Positions 1 to 10,968 of a stretch of DNA of 64,000 nt are shown piece by piece. The notes beneath the pieces are model-generated. The model did no database searches and was not told the origin of the DNA. It saw only the letters and a program-made list of their open reading frames with translations. The position numbers and the translations under genes are program-made. Positions within the stretch are counted from its first letter, which is position 1; each line of letters opens with the position of its first letter. The DNA comes from Octopus sinensis (Eukaryota): positions 193,874,001 to 193,938,000 of the forward strand of contig NC_042997.1 in NCBI RefSeq assembly GCF_006345805.1, given 5' to 3'.

Positions 1-2400
1 ACTCCTCCACCACCCTTCTCCCCTCCCGATAGGCTCCATCCCCACCACCACACCTAACCCCACTGCCCCTCCCTACAACCCTTCTTCCCCTCCCGTTAGG
101 CTCCATCCACCTACACCTAACCCTACTGCCCCGCCCAACCACCCCCCAACACACCTATCCAATCCCTCCCCCTCAGACCTCCACGAGACCTACCACCCCT
201 CCTACTTCTATTCCATCCACCCCTTCTCCACTTCCGTCTGTGTGTTACCATTCCCCCCCCGATCTTCCCCTCTCTGCGGCTGAACGCTCCGTCCTGGTAG
301 GGGTCTGCGTTTCATCATCCCCCTCACTCCATCCTGTAAGGAATTCCAGACGCGAGGTTGATGTCCACAGCTTTGTGCGCCGTGTCCGGTTGGGTGCGCA
401 TTACCACGACTCGCCACCCACACCCAACGAAGAGGACGACTGCTTCACTGGCCTGGGCCGCCGACCATCCCCGTGGACGCTGCCCCTGGCCAGATCTAGC
501 ATTGGATCTTTTCGCGGGCGCTTGTCAGCGTGCATTGGAGCGGTTCAACTTCTCCAGGCGCCAACGCCGCCTCAACATCTCCCCGGCTGAGCTCTTGGCT
601 CTTCGTTCCCTCCAACGGCGCGCTGACATTATCATCAAACCGGCTGCAAGGGTGGAGCTGTAGTGGTGTGGCGCGCGGACCTCTATAGGGCCGAGGCTTT
701 CCGCCAACTCAATGACACCTCCTTCTATTCCCTCTGCCCTCTAACCCACACGTAGCTACCACAGACGGTATCCTCTACTGTCCAAGACTCATCTCGTCCC
801 CGTCTCCCCCGCACCGCCCACCTAATTGTGCGAACCCCACGTACCCCCACCATTTACTTCCTCCCCAAAATCCACAAACCCAACAACCCTGGCCGCCCCA
901 TCGTCTCCGCCTGTAACTGCCCACGGAGCTCATCTCTAAATTACCTCGACCGTGTCCTTGCCCCCCTAGTGGCATCTCTTCCCTCCCACATCCACGATAC
1001 CAACCATGTTCTCCGGCTTTTCAACTCTTCTCCTTTCCTCCCGGCTCCTCCAAAATCCTTTTTACTATGGACATCCAAAGCTCTATACTGTTATCCCTCA
1101 CCACGAAGGATGCAGCCCTTCGACACTTTCTTGACCTCCGCTCTAACCCTGTACCTGACACCCTCACACTCATTCGTCGGCCGAACTTGTCCTTACTCTG
1201 AACTGCTTCTCGTTCGCGGGCGAGTTCTACCATCAGGTCTCGGGAGTGGCCATGGGAACGCGAATGGGCCCCAACTATGCGAACCTGTTCGTTGGCTATG
1301 TTGAGGCCCAAATATTCTCTAATTTCACGGTCCACTCCTGAACTATATGGTCGTTATATTGACGACATTATCGGTGCCACCTCACTCTCCCGCGAACATC
1401 TAGATTCCTTCCTCTCTTCGTCCAATCTTTCCATCCAGCTCTCCACTTCACTTCCCCTATCTCCAACACCTCTGTCTCCTTCTCCTTCGACATTTCGGTT
1501 AGCATTCTTCACTCCACTCTTACCACCTCCATTCACTACAAACACACAGACTCACACTCATACCTCAACTTCTCTTCCTCCCACCCAGAACACACCAAGC
1601 TTCCATCCATCCCCTATTCCCAATTCCTCCGTCTACGTAGGCTCTGTAGTGACGACCATGACTTTGAGACTCAGTCTCAACGTATGGCTCACACACTTCA
1701 CCTACGTGGATACCCCCTCACCACTATCCACACCGCCTTGCCAGAGCACGGTCCGTGGACCGTGTATCTGCTCTCTCTCCCCGAACCCGCCCCTGTAGTC
1801 TCCCCGCCTCCCTTTTCCCCTCACTTACCACCCCACGACCCTACGTCTCCAACGCACCATTCTTCGAGCTTTCCGTCATCTCCAGTCCGACCCGTCCACT
1901 TCACACCTCTTCCCTAACCGACCCCTCCCCTCTTTCAAACGACCCACAACCTTCGAGACCTTTTGGTCCATAGCTCCTTCCCTGACCCTACCTCCCAACC
2001 CGGCTCGTTCCCCTGCTCCCGCCCACGTTGCCGCACTTGCCCTTACCTCTCCAACACCACCCGCCTCACTAGCACCCACCATCGACCCTATCCCATCATC
2101 CACTCCTTCACACCTGCACTTCCAGCATATTATCTATGCATCTCTTGCTCTCTCTGCAATTCCTTGTACATCGGACAACGGGACGCCGCTTGGCTGACCG
2201 GTTCGCGGAACACCTTCGTGACATCCACCTTGCGAACGACACACCGGTCTCACGCCATTTCCGCTCCACGGTCACTCCTTGCAACACCTATCTGTGTTCG
2301 GTTTGGTCCTTACACAGAGGCCATCCGGATTCCCGTTTGCGCCTGAACAGGAATTAATCTTCTCTCTTCGCTCTTATACGCCATTTGGTCTCAACTCTTC
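1..2400 (+). mobile_element. Penelope-like retroelement (RT + Cys-linker + GIY-YIG endonuclease), frameshifted; 5' end outside window
   Basis: PLE RT motifs across shifting frames: TPRTPTIYFLPKIHKPNNPGRPIVSACNCP (~830-930), GVAMGTRMGPNYANLFVGYVE (~1243-1305), YGRYIDDIIG (~1345-1375). Linker CSRPRCRTCPYL (~2010) and GIY-YIG segment CSLCNSLYIGQ..RRLADRFAEHLRDI (~2140-2230). The Cys-rich linker suggests Neptune clade (inference). Confidence 0.9.
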
Positions 2401-2654
2401 CCCCCCTCCTCATCTAACTTCACCCCCTCCTCACCTATCCTTTCTCCCCCCGACCCCTACTTCTTCTTCCTTCATCCTTTCACCCCTACTCCCCTTCCCT
2501 TCTTCCCTCTTTCTCCCTCCATCTTCCCCTTCCCTCTGCTCCCTCACTCCCTCTCTCCCCTTCTCTCTCCCCCTCTCCCTCTTCCCTCTTTCTCCCTCCC
2601 TTTAAATAAATTTAAAGTAAATCAACGATTATCAGCTTAAGTCGATAATACACA

Positions 2655-2830
2655 CACCGAGTTAACGGAATGGTTGCTGTGTGGTGAGAAGCTTGCTTCT
2701 CAACCGCATGGGTCTGGGTTCAGTCCCACTACGTGGCAACTTAGGATGCGTCTTCTACTATAGTCTCGGGCCGACCAAAGCCTTGTGAGTGAATATGGTA
2801 GACGGAACTTGAAAGAAACCTGTCGTATAT
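2655..2830 (+). mobile_element. tRNA-derived SINE (family A), 5' part
   Basis: Same head as 7289-7690 (GCTGTGTGGTGAGAAGCTTGCTT..GGGTTCAGTCCCACT..GGCCGACCAAAGCCTTGTGAGTG). Confidence 0.75.
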
Positions 2831-3533
2831 ATCTCTCCCCCTCTCCCCTCTTTCCCCTCATTCCCCCCCTCATCCCCTTCCTTCTCCCAATCCTCTCCTC
2901 TCCCCCCCCCCCCTTTTCCTCCCCCTCCTCTTTTCCCCTCCCCTTCTCTCCCCCCTCTTCTTCCCCTCCCCCTCTTCTCCTCATCAACACCACATGACTT
3001 TACACATCACATCACATATGATGTGCCATACTAATACCACACACCAACTAATACATCTAATACGTACTAATACATACTAGTACATACTAATACTTACACC
3101 ACCCTATACATACACACGTCCAGACCCCGCATACGCACTTATACTCTCTCACACCACACACACAACCTATAATACCATACGTACTAATACATACTATACA
3201 TACTAATACATACACCAACCCCATACATACGCACGTCCAGACCAATCTTACGCACTAATACTCTCTCATACACACACACACAACACACACCACACACCCT
3301 TATACATACTAATACATACACCAACCCTATACATACACACATCCAGACCCCTCCACGCACTTTTAGCTGGTCCCTCAACCCCTTTATCAACCCTATTATC
3401 TCCCCTTATTTCGCTCTCGCGTCTCATGTTTGATCTTTGACCTCTGGCCGAAATCAGGTCGCCATGTTGATTCGTTAGCTACTGCACGCATTTTTTTTCT
3501 CTCCTTCTTTCTGTGTTTTTCTCTCTCTGTGTA

Positions 3534-3570
3534 TCTTTCTGTGAAGACGTAGGCCTCGAAACGTTAAAGA
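3534..3570 (+). ncRNA. Degenerate minimal type I hammerhead motif in the putative 3' terminal repeat of the first PLE
   Basis: TCTTT-CTG(A missing)TGA-AGACGTAGGCCTC-GAAAC-GT-T-AAAGA. Stem I TCTTT/AAAGA is intact; core and stem II are damaged. Confidence 0.4.
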
Positions 3571-3684
3571 CTTGTTTTATTTATATTTCCTGAGCGCCAT
3601 ACTAATACAATTGTTCGTTTGTTTTCCACCTGCCTTCGTCTTTTGTTTATTTTCATAAAGCTTCCCTTATATATATATATATAT

Positions 3685-4845
3685 TGGTGAATTGAAGAAA
3701 TGGAGCTGAACGCAGATTGAACAGAAATCGTTTTATTTCATTCTACACGTGTTTCGAAAGGCACAATTACCAAATCCGATTGAATAATGGGACCATATTG
3801 TGTCTTTCTCTTCAGGAAGAAAATAGAAATCCGTTGGAAAACAAAAAACAGAACAGAGGCGGAGCAAAAACAAATCGAACTATGCTCCTAAGAGCCCATG
3901 GCGAAACTGTTTATCAGTGTATGTTGAGAACCGGTGGCCTGAAGAATTTAAACGGGTAGGCATCGGTCAACCATGTGGGTGAGGGTGTGTGGGTGTTCTT
4001 TGTGACCGAGAATAAAGTTCTGACTATTTAGGAATATTGGATGTTTTATAAGGGGCGAGAAAAAATCTACTTAGAGACGTGTGTGTGTGTATACTGTTCT
4101 ATATATGTGTTGTTGGCGTAGGGGTAGAAAACTTTTTTGTGTACGTGTGTGCGTTTTATCGTTCGGCTTGTCAGTGGCTACTGCCGCGAGAACCGTTGGG
4201 TGGCAGAAAAAATATATATATAGATTATGTTTTATGTGTGTGTGTGTTCATCTAAGCCTGCCTTGTCAAGGAAGCCCCCCGCTGTGAAAAACCAAGCCCC
4301 GTTTGTCTTACAGGAGTAATTTCCCCTTGCAGTGGTTAATCGTAGATATCTTAAAGGCATTTCAGAATTTGTTACCAAGGGCTATGGGTGCCGGTATTAT
4401 TTATAAACGCTATTTAAAAGCCAGATAAGTGTAACGCCCGCCAATGGGGCATCGAAAGCCGACTGTAAAAGCCCGTTTACCATCCGGCCTCTGGCAAACA
4501 AATATGGAAGAGTTCGGAGACACAAAGGTTGCACTGCCTTCTGCCCCTATCAAATGGGAGGGCCACCGACAAAATTGACCATTCCAGCCTGTAGCTTAAG
4601 TTCGTATCCTTCAGTCGCCATATTAGCTTACTGAGTCCGTGGTCTGGCGTTTGTTCATGTCCCGAAAGTTTGCGTAATGGTTGGAGACACGCACAGACAA
4701 TCTTGAGGATGAGGCCCCTACATAAGTGAAGACATCTGAGTCCGTGTAAACCTTGCATTGGTAGACGGCGTTTTTGATCTGGAGTTCGCCGACGTGAATC
4801 TTATTCTGCTTTTGATTAATCTACTACAAGATTTTCATCTTTCTA
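3685..4845 (-). mobile_element. 5'-truncated Penelope-like element: GIY-YIG endonuclease C-terminus plus 3' region with a hammerhead
   Basis: Minus strand ~4800-4480 reads IKNAVYQCKVYTDSDVFTYVGASSSRLSVRVSNHYANF, then after a frameshift HGLSKLIWRLKD..LEWSILSVA..RRQCNLCVSE, a typical PLE GIY-YIG tail. An HHR lies ~650 bp downstream on the same strand. Confidence 0.8.
3741..3818 (-). ncRNA. Type I hammerhead ribozyme, intact core
   Basis: Minus strand: TTC-CTGAAGA-GAAAGACACAAT(29-nt loop)ATTGTGCCTTTC-GAAAC-ACGT-GTA^GAA. Stem I 3 bp; stem II 11/12 bp with G10.1-C11.1; palindromic stem III ACACGTGT; GUA cleavage triplet. Confidence 0.85.
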
Positions 4846-4849
4846 TTTC

Positions 4850-4891
4850 ACATAATATATATATATATATAATATATATGTATATATATAT

Positions 4892-4965
<74 letters not shown>
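4850..4965. repeat. (TA)n microsatellite
   Basis: Direct reading; similar tracts at ~5300-5394 and ~7191-7285 bracket the hammerhead array. Confidence 0.95.
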
Positions 4966-4967
<2 letters not shown>

Positions 4968-4969
4968 TG

Positions 4970-5210
4970 AATTAGAGATAAAACCACTATTAGGCAAATC
5001 AAACGATGAAAAACTTAAGCCAATACATAAAATTAATTAATTTATTTATTTTAAATATATATCAAAAGTATTAAAAGTTAATAAACTCATTATCTTTATT
5101 AAACTTTTAATACTTTTGATATATATTTAAAATAATATAAATTAATTAATTTATGTATTGGCTTAATTTTTCATTGTTTGATTGCCTAATAGTGGTTTTT
5201 ATCTCTAATT
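4970..5210. repeat. AT-rich ~240-bp near-perfect palindrome (PLE-terminus-like)
   Basis: Arms AATTAGAGATAAAACCACTATTAGGCAAATCAAAC... and its reverse complement, ~115 bp each, around spacer CTCATTATC. The right arm recurs at 27531-27660. Confidence 0.85.
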
Positions 5211-5341
5211 TAATATAAATAAATATTTTACTATAAAATTGGATTCAATCCTAATCTGATTTTCCCCTGTAAGTTTGGATTTATTCCCTTATTTTATTAT
5301 TTATATATATATATATATTATAATATATATATATATATATA

Positions 5342-5376
<35 letters not shown>

Positions 5377-5614
5377 TATATATATATATATATTTAATCA
5401 ATATAGGGTGGCAAAAAATTTTGTAGAATTTTTTTGCCACCAGCGGCCTAGTGGGAAAAAATTAAATAGTCATAGACCATTTTTAAGTTCAACATCACAA
5501 TCAAGGAACGGCCATAATAGGCCATTCACCCCTAGAAATAACAGCCAAAGCTTCAACCGCAAAATAACATCAATTCCGTAAACCAGGAGAAAATTAAAAA
5601 ACATTTACCCTGTA

Positions 5615-5721
5615 ATTTCTTATACGATGCACCGTTTCATCTACTGTTTAATGGTAAACTAGCCTGATTAAATTAAATCAAGCCAATCTTCCATAGGCCC
5701 TTAGAATAGTCAGTAAGAAAT
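5615..5721 (-). ncRNA. Type I hammerhead, array copy 1 (core reads CUGACUA, G8 substituted)
   Basis: ATTTCTTA-CTGACTA-long stem II-GAAAC-GGTGCATC-GTA^TAAGAAAT on minus strand. Confidence 0.65.
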
Positions 5722-6100
5722 AGCCAAGTCGGAACAGATATTTTCACGAGGCATTTCTGTCCCTGCCTCGGCAATATCTGACCTAAAATTTTCAAATCAT
5801 CGCACTCGCGCCAAATTTATCGGCAGCAAATAAATATAAGCCGCCGATTCCATTACGGAATTAACCAGAAAATTCATAATTAATCAATATAGGTGGGCAA
5901 AAAATTTTGTAGAATTTTTTTGCCACCAGCGGCCTAGTGGGAAAAAATTAAATAGTCATAGACCATTTTTAAGTTCAACATCACAATCAAGGAACGGCCA
6001 TAATAGCCATTCACCCACTAGAAATAACAGCCAAAGCTTCAACCGCAAAATAACATCAATTCCGTAAACCAGGAGAAAATTAAAAAACATTTACCCTGTA

Positions 6101-6204
6101 ATTTCTTATACGATGCACCGTTTCATCTACTTTTAATGGTAAACTAGCCTGATTAAATTAATCAAGCCAATCTCCATAGGCCCTTAGAATCGTCAGTAAG
6201 AAAT
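6101..6204 (-). ncRNA. Type I hammerhead, array copy 2 (intact core)
   Basis: ATTTCTTA-CTGACGA-...-GAAAC-GGTGCATC-GTA^TAAGAAAT; stem I is an 8-bp perfect pair. Confidence 0.85.
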
Positions 6205-6481
6205 AGCCAAGTCGGAACAGATATTTTCACGAGGCATTTCTGTCCCTGCCTCGGCAATATCTGACCTAAAATTTTCAAATCATCGCACTCGCACAAAATT
6301 TTTTGCCACCCTATATTGATTAATTATGAATTTTCTGGTTAATTCCGTAATGGAATCGGCGGCTTATATTTATTTGCTGCCGATAAATTTGGCGCGAGTG
6401 CGATGATTTGAAAATTTTAGGTCAGATATTGCCGAGGCAGGGACAGAAATGCCTCGTGAAAATATCTGTTCCGACTTGGCT

Positions 6482-6585
6482 ATTTCTTACTGACGATTCT
6501 AAGGGCCTATGAAGATTGGCTTGATTTAATTTAATCAGGCTAGTTACCATTAAACAGTAGATGAACGGTGCATCGTATAAGAAAT
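6482..6585 (+). ncRNA. Type I hammerhead, array copy 3 (GAAA reads GAA; possible homopolymer error)
   Basis: ATTTCTTA(6482)-CTGACGA(6490)-...-GAAC-GGTGCATC-GTA^(6577)TAAGAAAT. Confidence 0.7.
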
Positions 6586-6963
6586 TACAGGTTAAATGTT
6601 TTTTATTTTCTCCTGGTTTACGGAATTGATGTTATTTTGCGGTTGAAGCTTTGGCTGTTATTTCTAGTGGGTGAATGGCCTATTATGGCCGTTCCTTGAT
6701 TGTGATGTTGAACTTAAAAATGGTCTATGACTATTTAATTTTTTCCCACTAGCCGCTGGTGGCAAAAATATTCTACAAAATTTTTTGCCACCCTATATTG
6801 ATTAATTATGAATTTTCTGGTTAATTCCGTAATGGAATCGGCGGCTTATATTTATTTGCTGCCGATAAATTTGGCGCGAGTGCGATGATTTGAAAATTTT
6901 AGGTCAGATATTGCCGAGGCAGGGACAGAAATGCCTCGTGAAAATATCTGTTCCGACTTGACT

Positions 6964-7070
6964 ATTTCTTACTGACGATTCTAAGGGCCTATGGAAGATT
7001 GGCTTGATTTAATTAATCAGGCTAGTTTACCATTAAACAGTAGATGAAACGGTGGCATCGTATAAGAAAT
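6964..7070 (+). ncRNA. Type I hammerhead, array copy 4 (intact core)
   Basis: ATTTCTTA(6964)-CTGACGA(6972)-TTCTA...TAGAT-GAAAC(7046)-GGTGGCATC-GTA^(7062)TAAGAAAT. Confidence 0.85.
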
Positions 7071-7186
7071 TACAGGTAAATGTTTTTTAATTTTCTCCTG
7101 GTTTACGGAATTGATGTTATTTTTCGGTTGAAGCTTTGGCTGTTATTTCTAGTGGGTGAATGGCCTATTGTGGCCGTTCCTTGATT

Positions 7187-7258
<72 letters not shown>

Positions 7259-7288
7259 ATATATATATATATTATAATATATATTATA

Positions 7289-7690
7289 GGCGCAGGAGTG
7301 GCTGTGTGGTAAGTAGCTTGCTTACGAACCGCATGATTCCGGGTTCAGTCCCAATGCGTAGCACCTTGGGCAAGTGTCTTTTACTATAGCCTCGGGCCGA
7401 CAAAAGCTTTGTGAGTGGATTTGGTGGACGGAAACTGAAAAAAGCCCGTCGTATATATGTATATATGTATACGTGTGTATATGTTTGTGTCTGTGTTTGT
7501 CCCCCCCACCTCCAACATCGCTTGACAACCGATGCTGGTGTGTTTACGTCCCGTAACTTAGCGTTTCGGCAAAAGAGACCTATAGAATAAGTACTAGGCT
7601 TACAAAGAATAAGTCCTGGGGTCGATTTGCTCGACTAAAGGCGGTGCTCCAGCATGGCCACAGTTACATGACTGAAACAAGTAAAAGAGT
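7289..7690 (+). mobile_element. Full-length tRNA-derived SINE (family A); many further copies or fragments, e.g. 8830-9030, 22360-22735(-), 31080-31445(-), 38165-38550(-), 46580-46760(-), 61175-61500(-)
   Basis: tRNA-like A/B boxes (TGGCTGTGTGGTAAG..GGGTTCAGTCCC), internal TA/TG tract, 3' end CCAGCATGGCC..TGACTGAAACAAGTAAAAGAG. Confidence 0.85.
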
Positions 7691-7711
7691 ATATATATAT
7701 ATATATGTATG

Positions 7712-8580
7712 TATAGGATGCGATGGGCAAAACTGTTGCCATTTTATATACTTTGAATTTTGCGCATGCGCATTGTTTGTTTTTGATTTTGTCTCGACTA
7801 CACAGCATCGTATGATCAGTTGTGCATCGTCTGTGAGAAAAGTAGCACCATGACGCAATTCATTCTGACGCCAGAAATTTGGGTAATGACATGCTGTACT
7901 GCTTGGTATTCGCGCCAGAAGCTCCAATACGAAAATTCCAGAGTGTTTGGGTGTCAATCTGAGGACATGTACTGAGAGTGATAAAAATCAAACAGCCAGT
8001 CAACATCGTGGTGTTTGGAGTGAACAGTAGTGATGGTGATGTTATACCTCCATTCATCTTCCCACATGGCCTCAGGGTCAACACGGAGGCATACATCAAG
8101 TACCTGGAGGGGAAAAAATGCTGCCCTGGGTCAGGAGGGTGGCTGCTGGAAGACTCTATGTCTGGCAACAGGACTCTGCAGCATGCCATACAAGCAGGAG
8201 AGCCTAGTCATGGCCGTCAGACAATTTCTGCAACCACATCACCCTTAACATCTGGCCCCCTAACTCCCCACACTGCAATCCCGTTGATTATTATGTGTGG
8301 AGCGAAGTTGAGCAAGAGACCAACAAAACTCTTTGTAACGTCAAAGATGAACTGAAGGCAAGGATTATGGCAGCATTGACCAACTTAAAGAAAGTGACCG
8401 TCCAGAAGAGTTGCAGGAGACTCCGAAGTCGTTTGGAAGCTAATGGCGATTTTACTGAATAAATGTACTCTTTTGTATTTCAAGATATTTTTATGTAATT
8501 TTGGTAAATATATATCTGTTAAAATGAGGTGTCAGTGCTTTTTCATTTTTGCATAATTTAGACGATTATTCACCGCACTG
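7712..8580 (+). mobile_element. maT (DD37D) Tc1/mariner-superfamily transposon relic
   Basis: VVFGVNSSDGDVIPPFIFPHGLRVNTEAYIKYLE, then after a frameshift YVWQQDSAACHT..IWPPNSPHCNPVDYYVW; 37 residues between the second and third Asp; one internal stop. Confidence 0.85.
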
Positions 8581-8700
8581 TTTGTGTGTGCGTATGTGTA
8601 TGTATGTGTGTGTGTGCGTGTATGTGTGCGCGCGCGCGTACGCGCGTGAATGCATGCTTGCATGTATGTGTGTGTGTGAGTGTGTACGAGCATGTATATA

Positions 8701-8732
<32 letters not shown>

Positions 8733-9829
8733 AATATATATGGGGGGATGTATGTGTGTGTATGTGTATGTACGTGTGTGTATGTGTATGTTCGTGCGTG
8801 TGTGTGTGTGTGTGTTTGTGTGTATTTGTGTGTGTTTGTGCTTGTCACCTACCACTACTTGACAACCGGTGTTGGTGTGTTTACGTCCCCGTAACCTAGG
8901 GGTCCAGCAAAAGCGTCCGATAGAATAAGTACTAGGCTTTAAAAAGGTCGAATTATTCGACCAAAACCTTTGAAGACAGTGCCCCAGCATGGCCGCAGTC
9001 GACTGAAATAGGTAAAAGAAGATAAAAGAAAAGGTTTATTAACCCATTTTAAATTCCACCGAAGTCGGATTTCGTCTTTTATCCTTTTGAGGTCAATAAA
9101 ATAAAGTTGAGCACCTGAGATCGATGTAATCGACTTCCCCCTCCCCTCAAAATTTCTGGCGTTGGGTTAAAATTAGACAGAAATATCTATCCACTCACTT
9201 AAAGCCTCATTTTGGTGGGGTTTTTTTCTTTTTCAGTCGTTATTTGTTTTGTCAGAAAATCAGAGCAACCTACCGGCGAGGTGTAAATTTGTCAAGGGAG
9301 ATTACTCCGCATTCTTAGCACGAGTTACTTTCCTTGGATTTGCTCATCTCGCCCTCCAGCAATGAAAGGGAGAGAGCGGGAGTGTGTTATACGGCTGCAA
9401 GCACGAGATGACAGCGTGTAGTGAAAAGACATGGCTCTGTGTGAGGCTCCCGACACTCAGGCCAAGGGGATGAGTAAAATCACCGAAAAATGTTTTAAAT
9501 GTGACGTTTTACAAATAATAATCTTTTACAGTGATCGGTCAACAACATCACGATGATGCGAGATCGTATTGAGTCCTGAGCGTGAAGCAGGATCTCCTGT
9601 ATCGTTCGTTACTCCGCCTTCAACGAATGTGAGGAATCCATTGAAGATCGTTCTTGAGAGGTTTAATAACTTCTTAAAGAGGGACTCAATACTTTCTGAG
9701 TGATGTTATTTTTTTTACAGCGGTGGTGCCCCAGCATGGCCGCGGCCTTCGGGCTAAAACATTTTTAAGGATTTAAGGATATATAAAATCAAAGCATAGC
9801 TCAGTAAACAGCATCAATAGTGATGCTCA

Positions 9830-10520
9830 GTCGATTAGATCGATCCCAGTACTCAACTGGTACTTTAATTTATCGACCCTGAAAGGATGAAAGGCAAAGT
9901 TGACCTCGGCGAAATTTGAACTCAGAACGTTGCGCCAGACGAAATACCTATTTCTTTACTACCCACAAGGGGCTAAACACAGAGAACACAAACAAGGACA
10001 GACAAGTGGATTAAGTCGATTACATCGACCCCAGTGGGTAACTGGTACTTCATTTATCGACCCCGAAAGGATGAAAGGCAAAGTCGACCTCGGCGGAATT
10101 TGAACTCGCCCGGCGTGCTAACGTTTCTTATTTCTTTATTGCCCACAAGGGGCTAAACCTAGAGGGGACAAACAAGGACAGACAAACGGATTAAGTCGAT
10201 TACATCGACCTCAGTGCGTAACTGGTACTTAATTTATCGACCCCGAAAGGATGAAAGGCAAAGTCGACCTCGGCGGAATTTGAACTCGCCCGGCGTGCTA
10301 ACGTTTCTTATTTCTTTATTGCCCACAAGGGGCTAAACCTAGAGAGGACAAACAAGGACAGACAAACGGATTAAGTCGATTACATCGACCCCAGTGCGTA
10401 ACTGGTACTTAATTTATCGACCCCAAAAGGATGAAAGGCAAAGTCGACCTCGGTGGAATTTGAACTCAGAACATAACGTCAGACGAATTACGGCTACGCA
10501 TTTCGCCCGGCGTGCTAACG
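9830..10520 (-). repeat. Multimerised SINE (family B) with ~180-bp repeated units
   Basis: Repeats of GTCGACCTCGGCGGAATTTGAACTC..CCACAAGGGGCTAAAC..GGATTAAGTCGATTACATCGACC. Confidence 0.85.
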
Positions 10521-10968
10521 TTTCTGCCACCCAGACGCATTGAGGGATCATTATTATTGTAGATGAAGTACAGTTGCTTTACTATATGTGTGAATATGTC
10601 CCATAGTCAGTTCAATTATTCGGGTCATAAGCTATACTCAATACAATAAACTAAGTACACGGTTACCATTACACAGGGAAGCTGAGGTTAACATTTGGAC
10701 GATATCCACAATATTGCTAGTAAGAGACAAGATGTGAGGCACTAAACTAAGTGCTATAAATCATTTGAGTGGCCCAACCTGAAAATAAGGATAGCCGGAC
10801 TCGGAGGGAAGAAGTCAGCCATACGATGATCGACGGTTTGTTTTTTATCATCGGCCTTGCAGACATTAAATTTGCAAGTGATCCAGTCCATCTAGTTATG
10901 AATAGATATTAATGTAGTGAACAGTTGTTCATTAGATGACAGGGCTGGGTTCATCTGTAGGCTTGGAG

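Larger units (their letters stand above)
5395..7190. repeat. Tandem plus inverted array of a ~484-bp hammerhead-containing non-coding unit (two copies on -, two on +); retrozyme-like
   Basis: Period 486 between copies 1-2 and 482 between copies 3-4. Arms ~5497-6292 and ~6395-7190 are reverse complements with a ~100-bp spacer. No ORF in any frame. Confidence 0.9.

Noticed and set aside
5395-5880. One frame of the 484-bp unit has only TAA/TAG stops (ciliate-type code or contamination?)
   Set aside because: The read-through product resembles no family I recognise; AT richness explains it; RNA structure accounts for the unit better.
7289-7380. tRNA-like heads of SINE families A, B, D and E
   Set aside because: A/B boxes are present but there is no complete cloverleaf, and they run into SINE bodies; only 20065-20136 is a real tRNA.
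10520-10945. Possible decayed LINE RT in the flank of the 94-bp array
   Set aside because: Only scattered residues across several broken frames; not supportable without a profile search.
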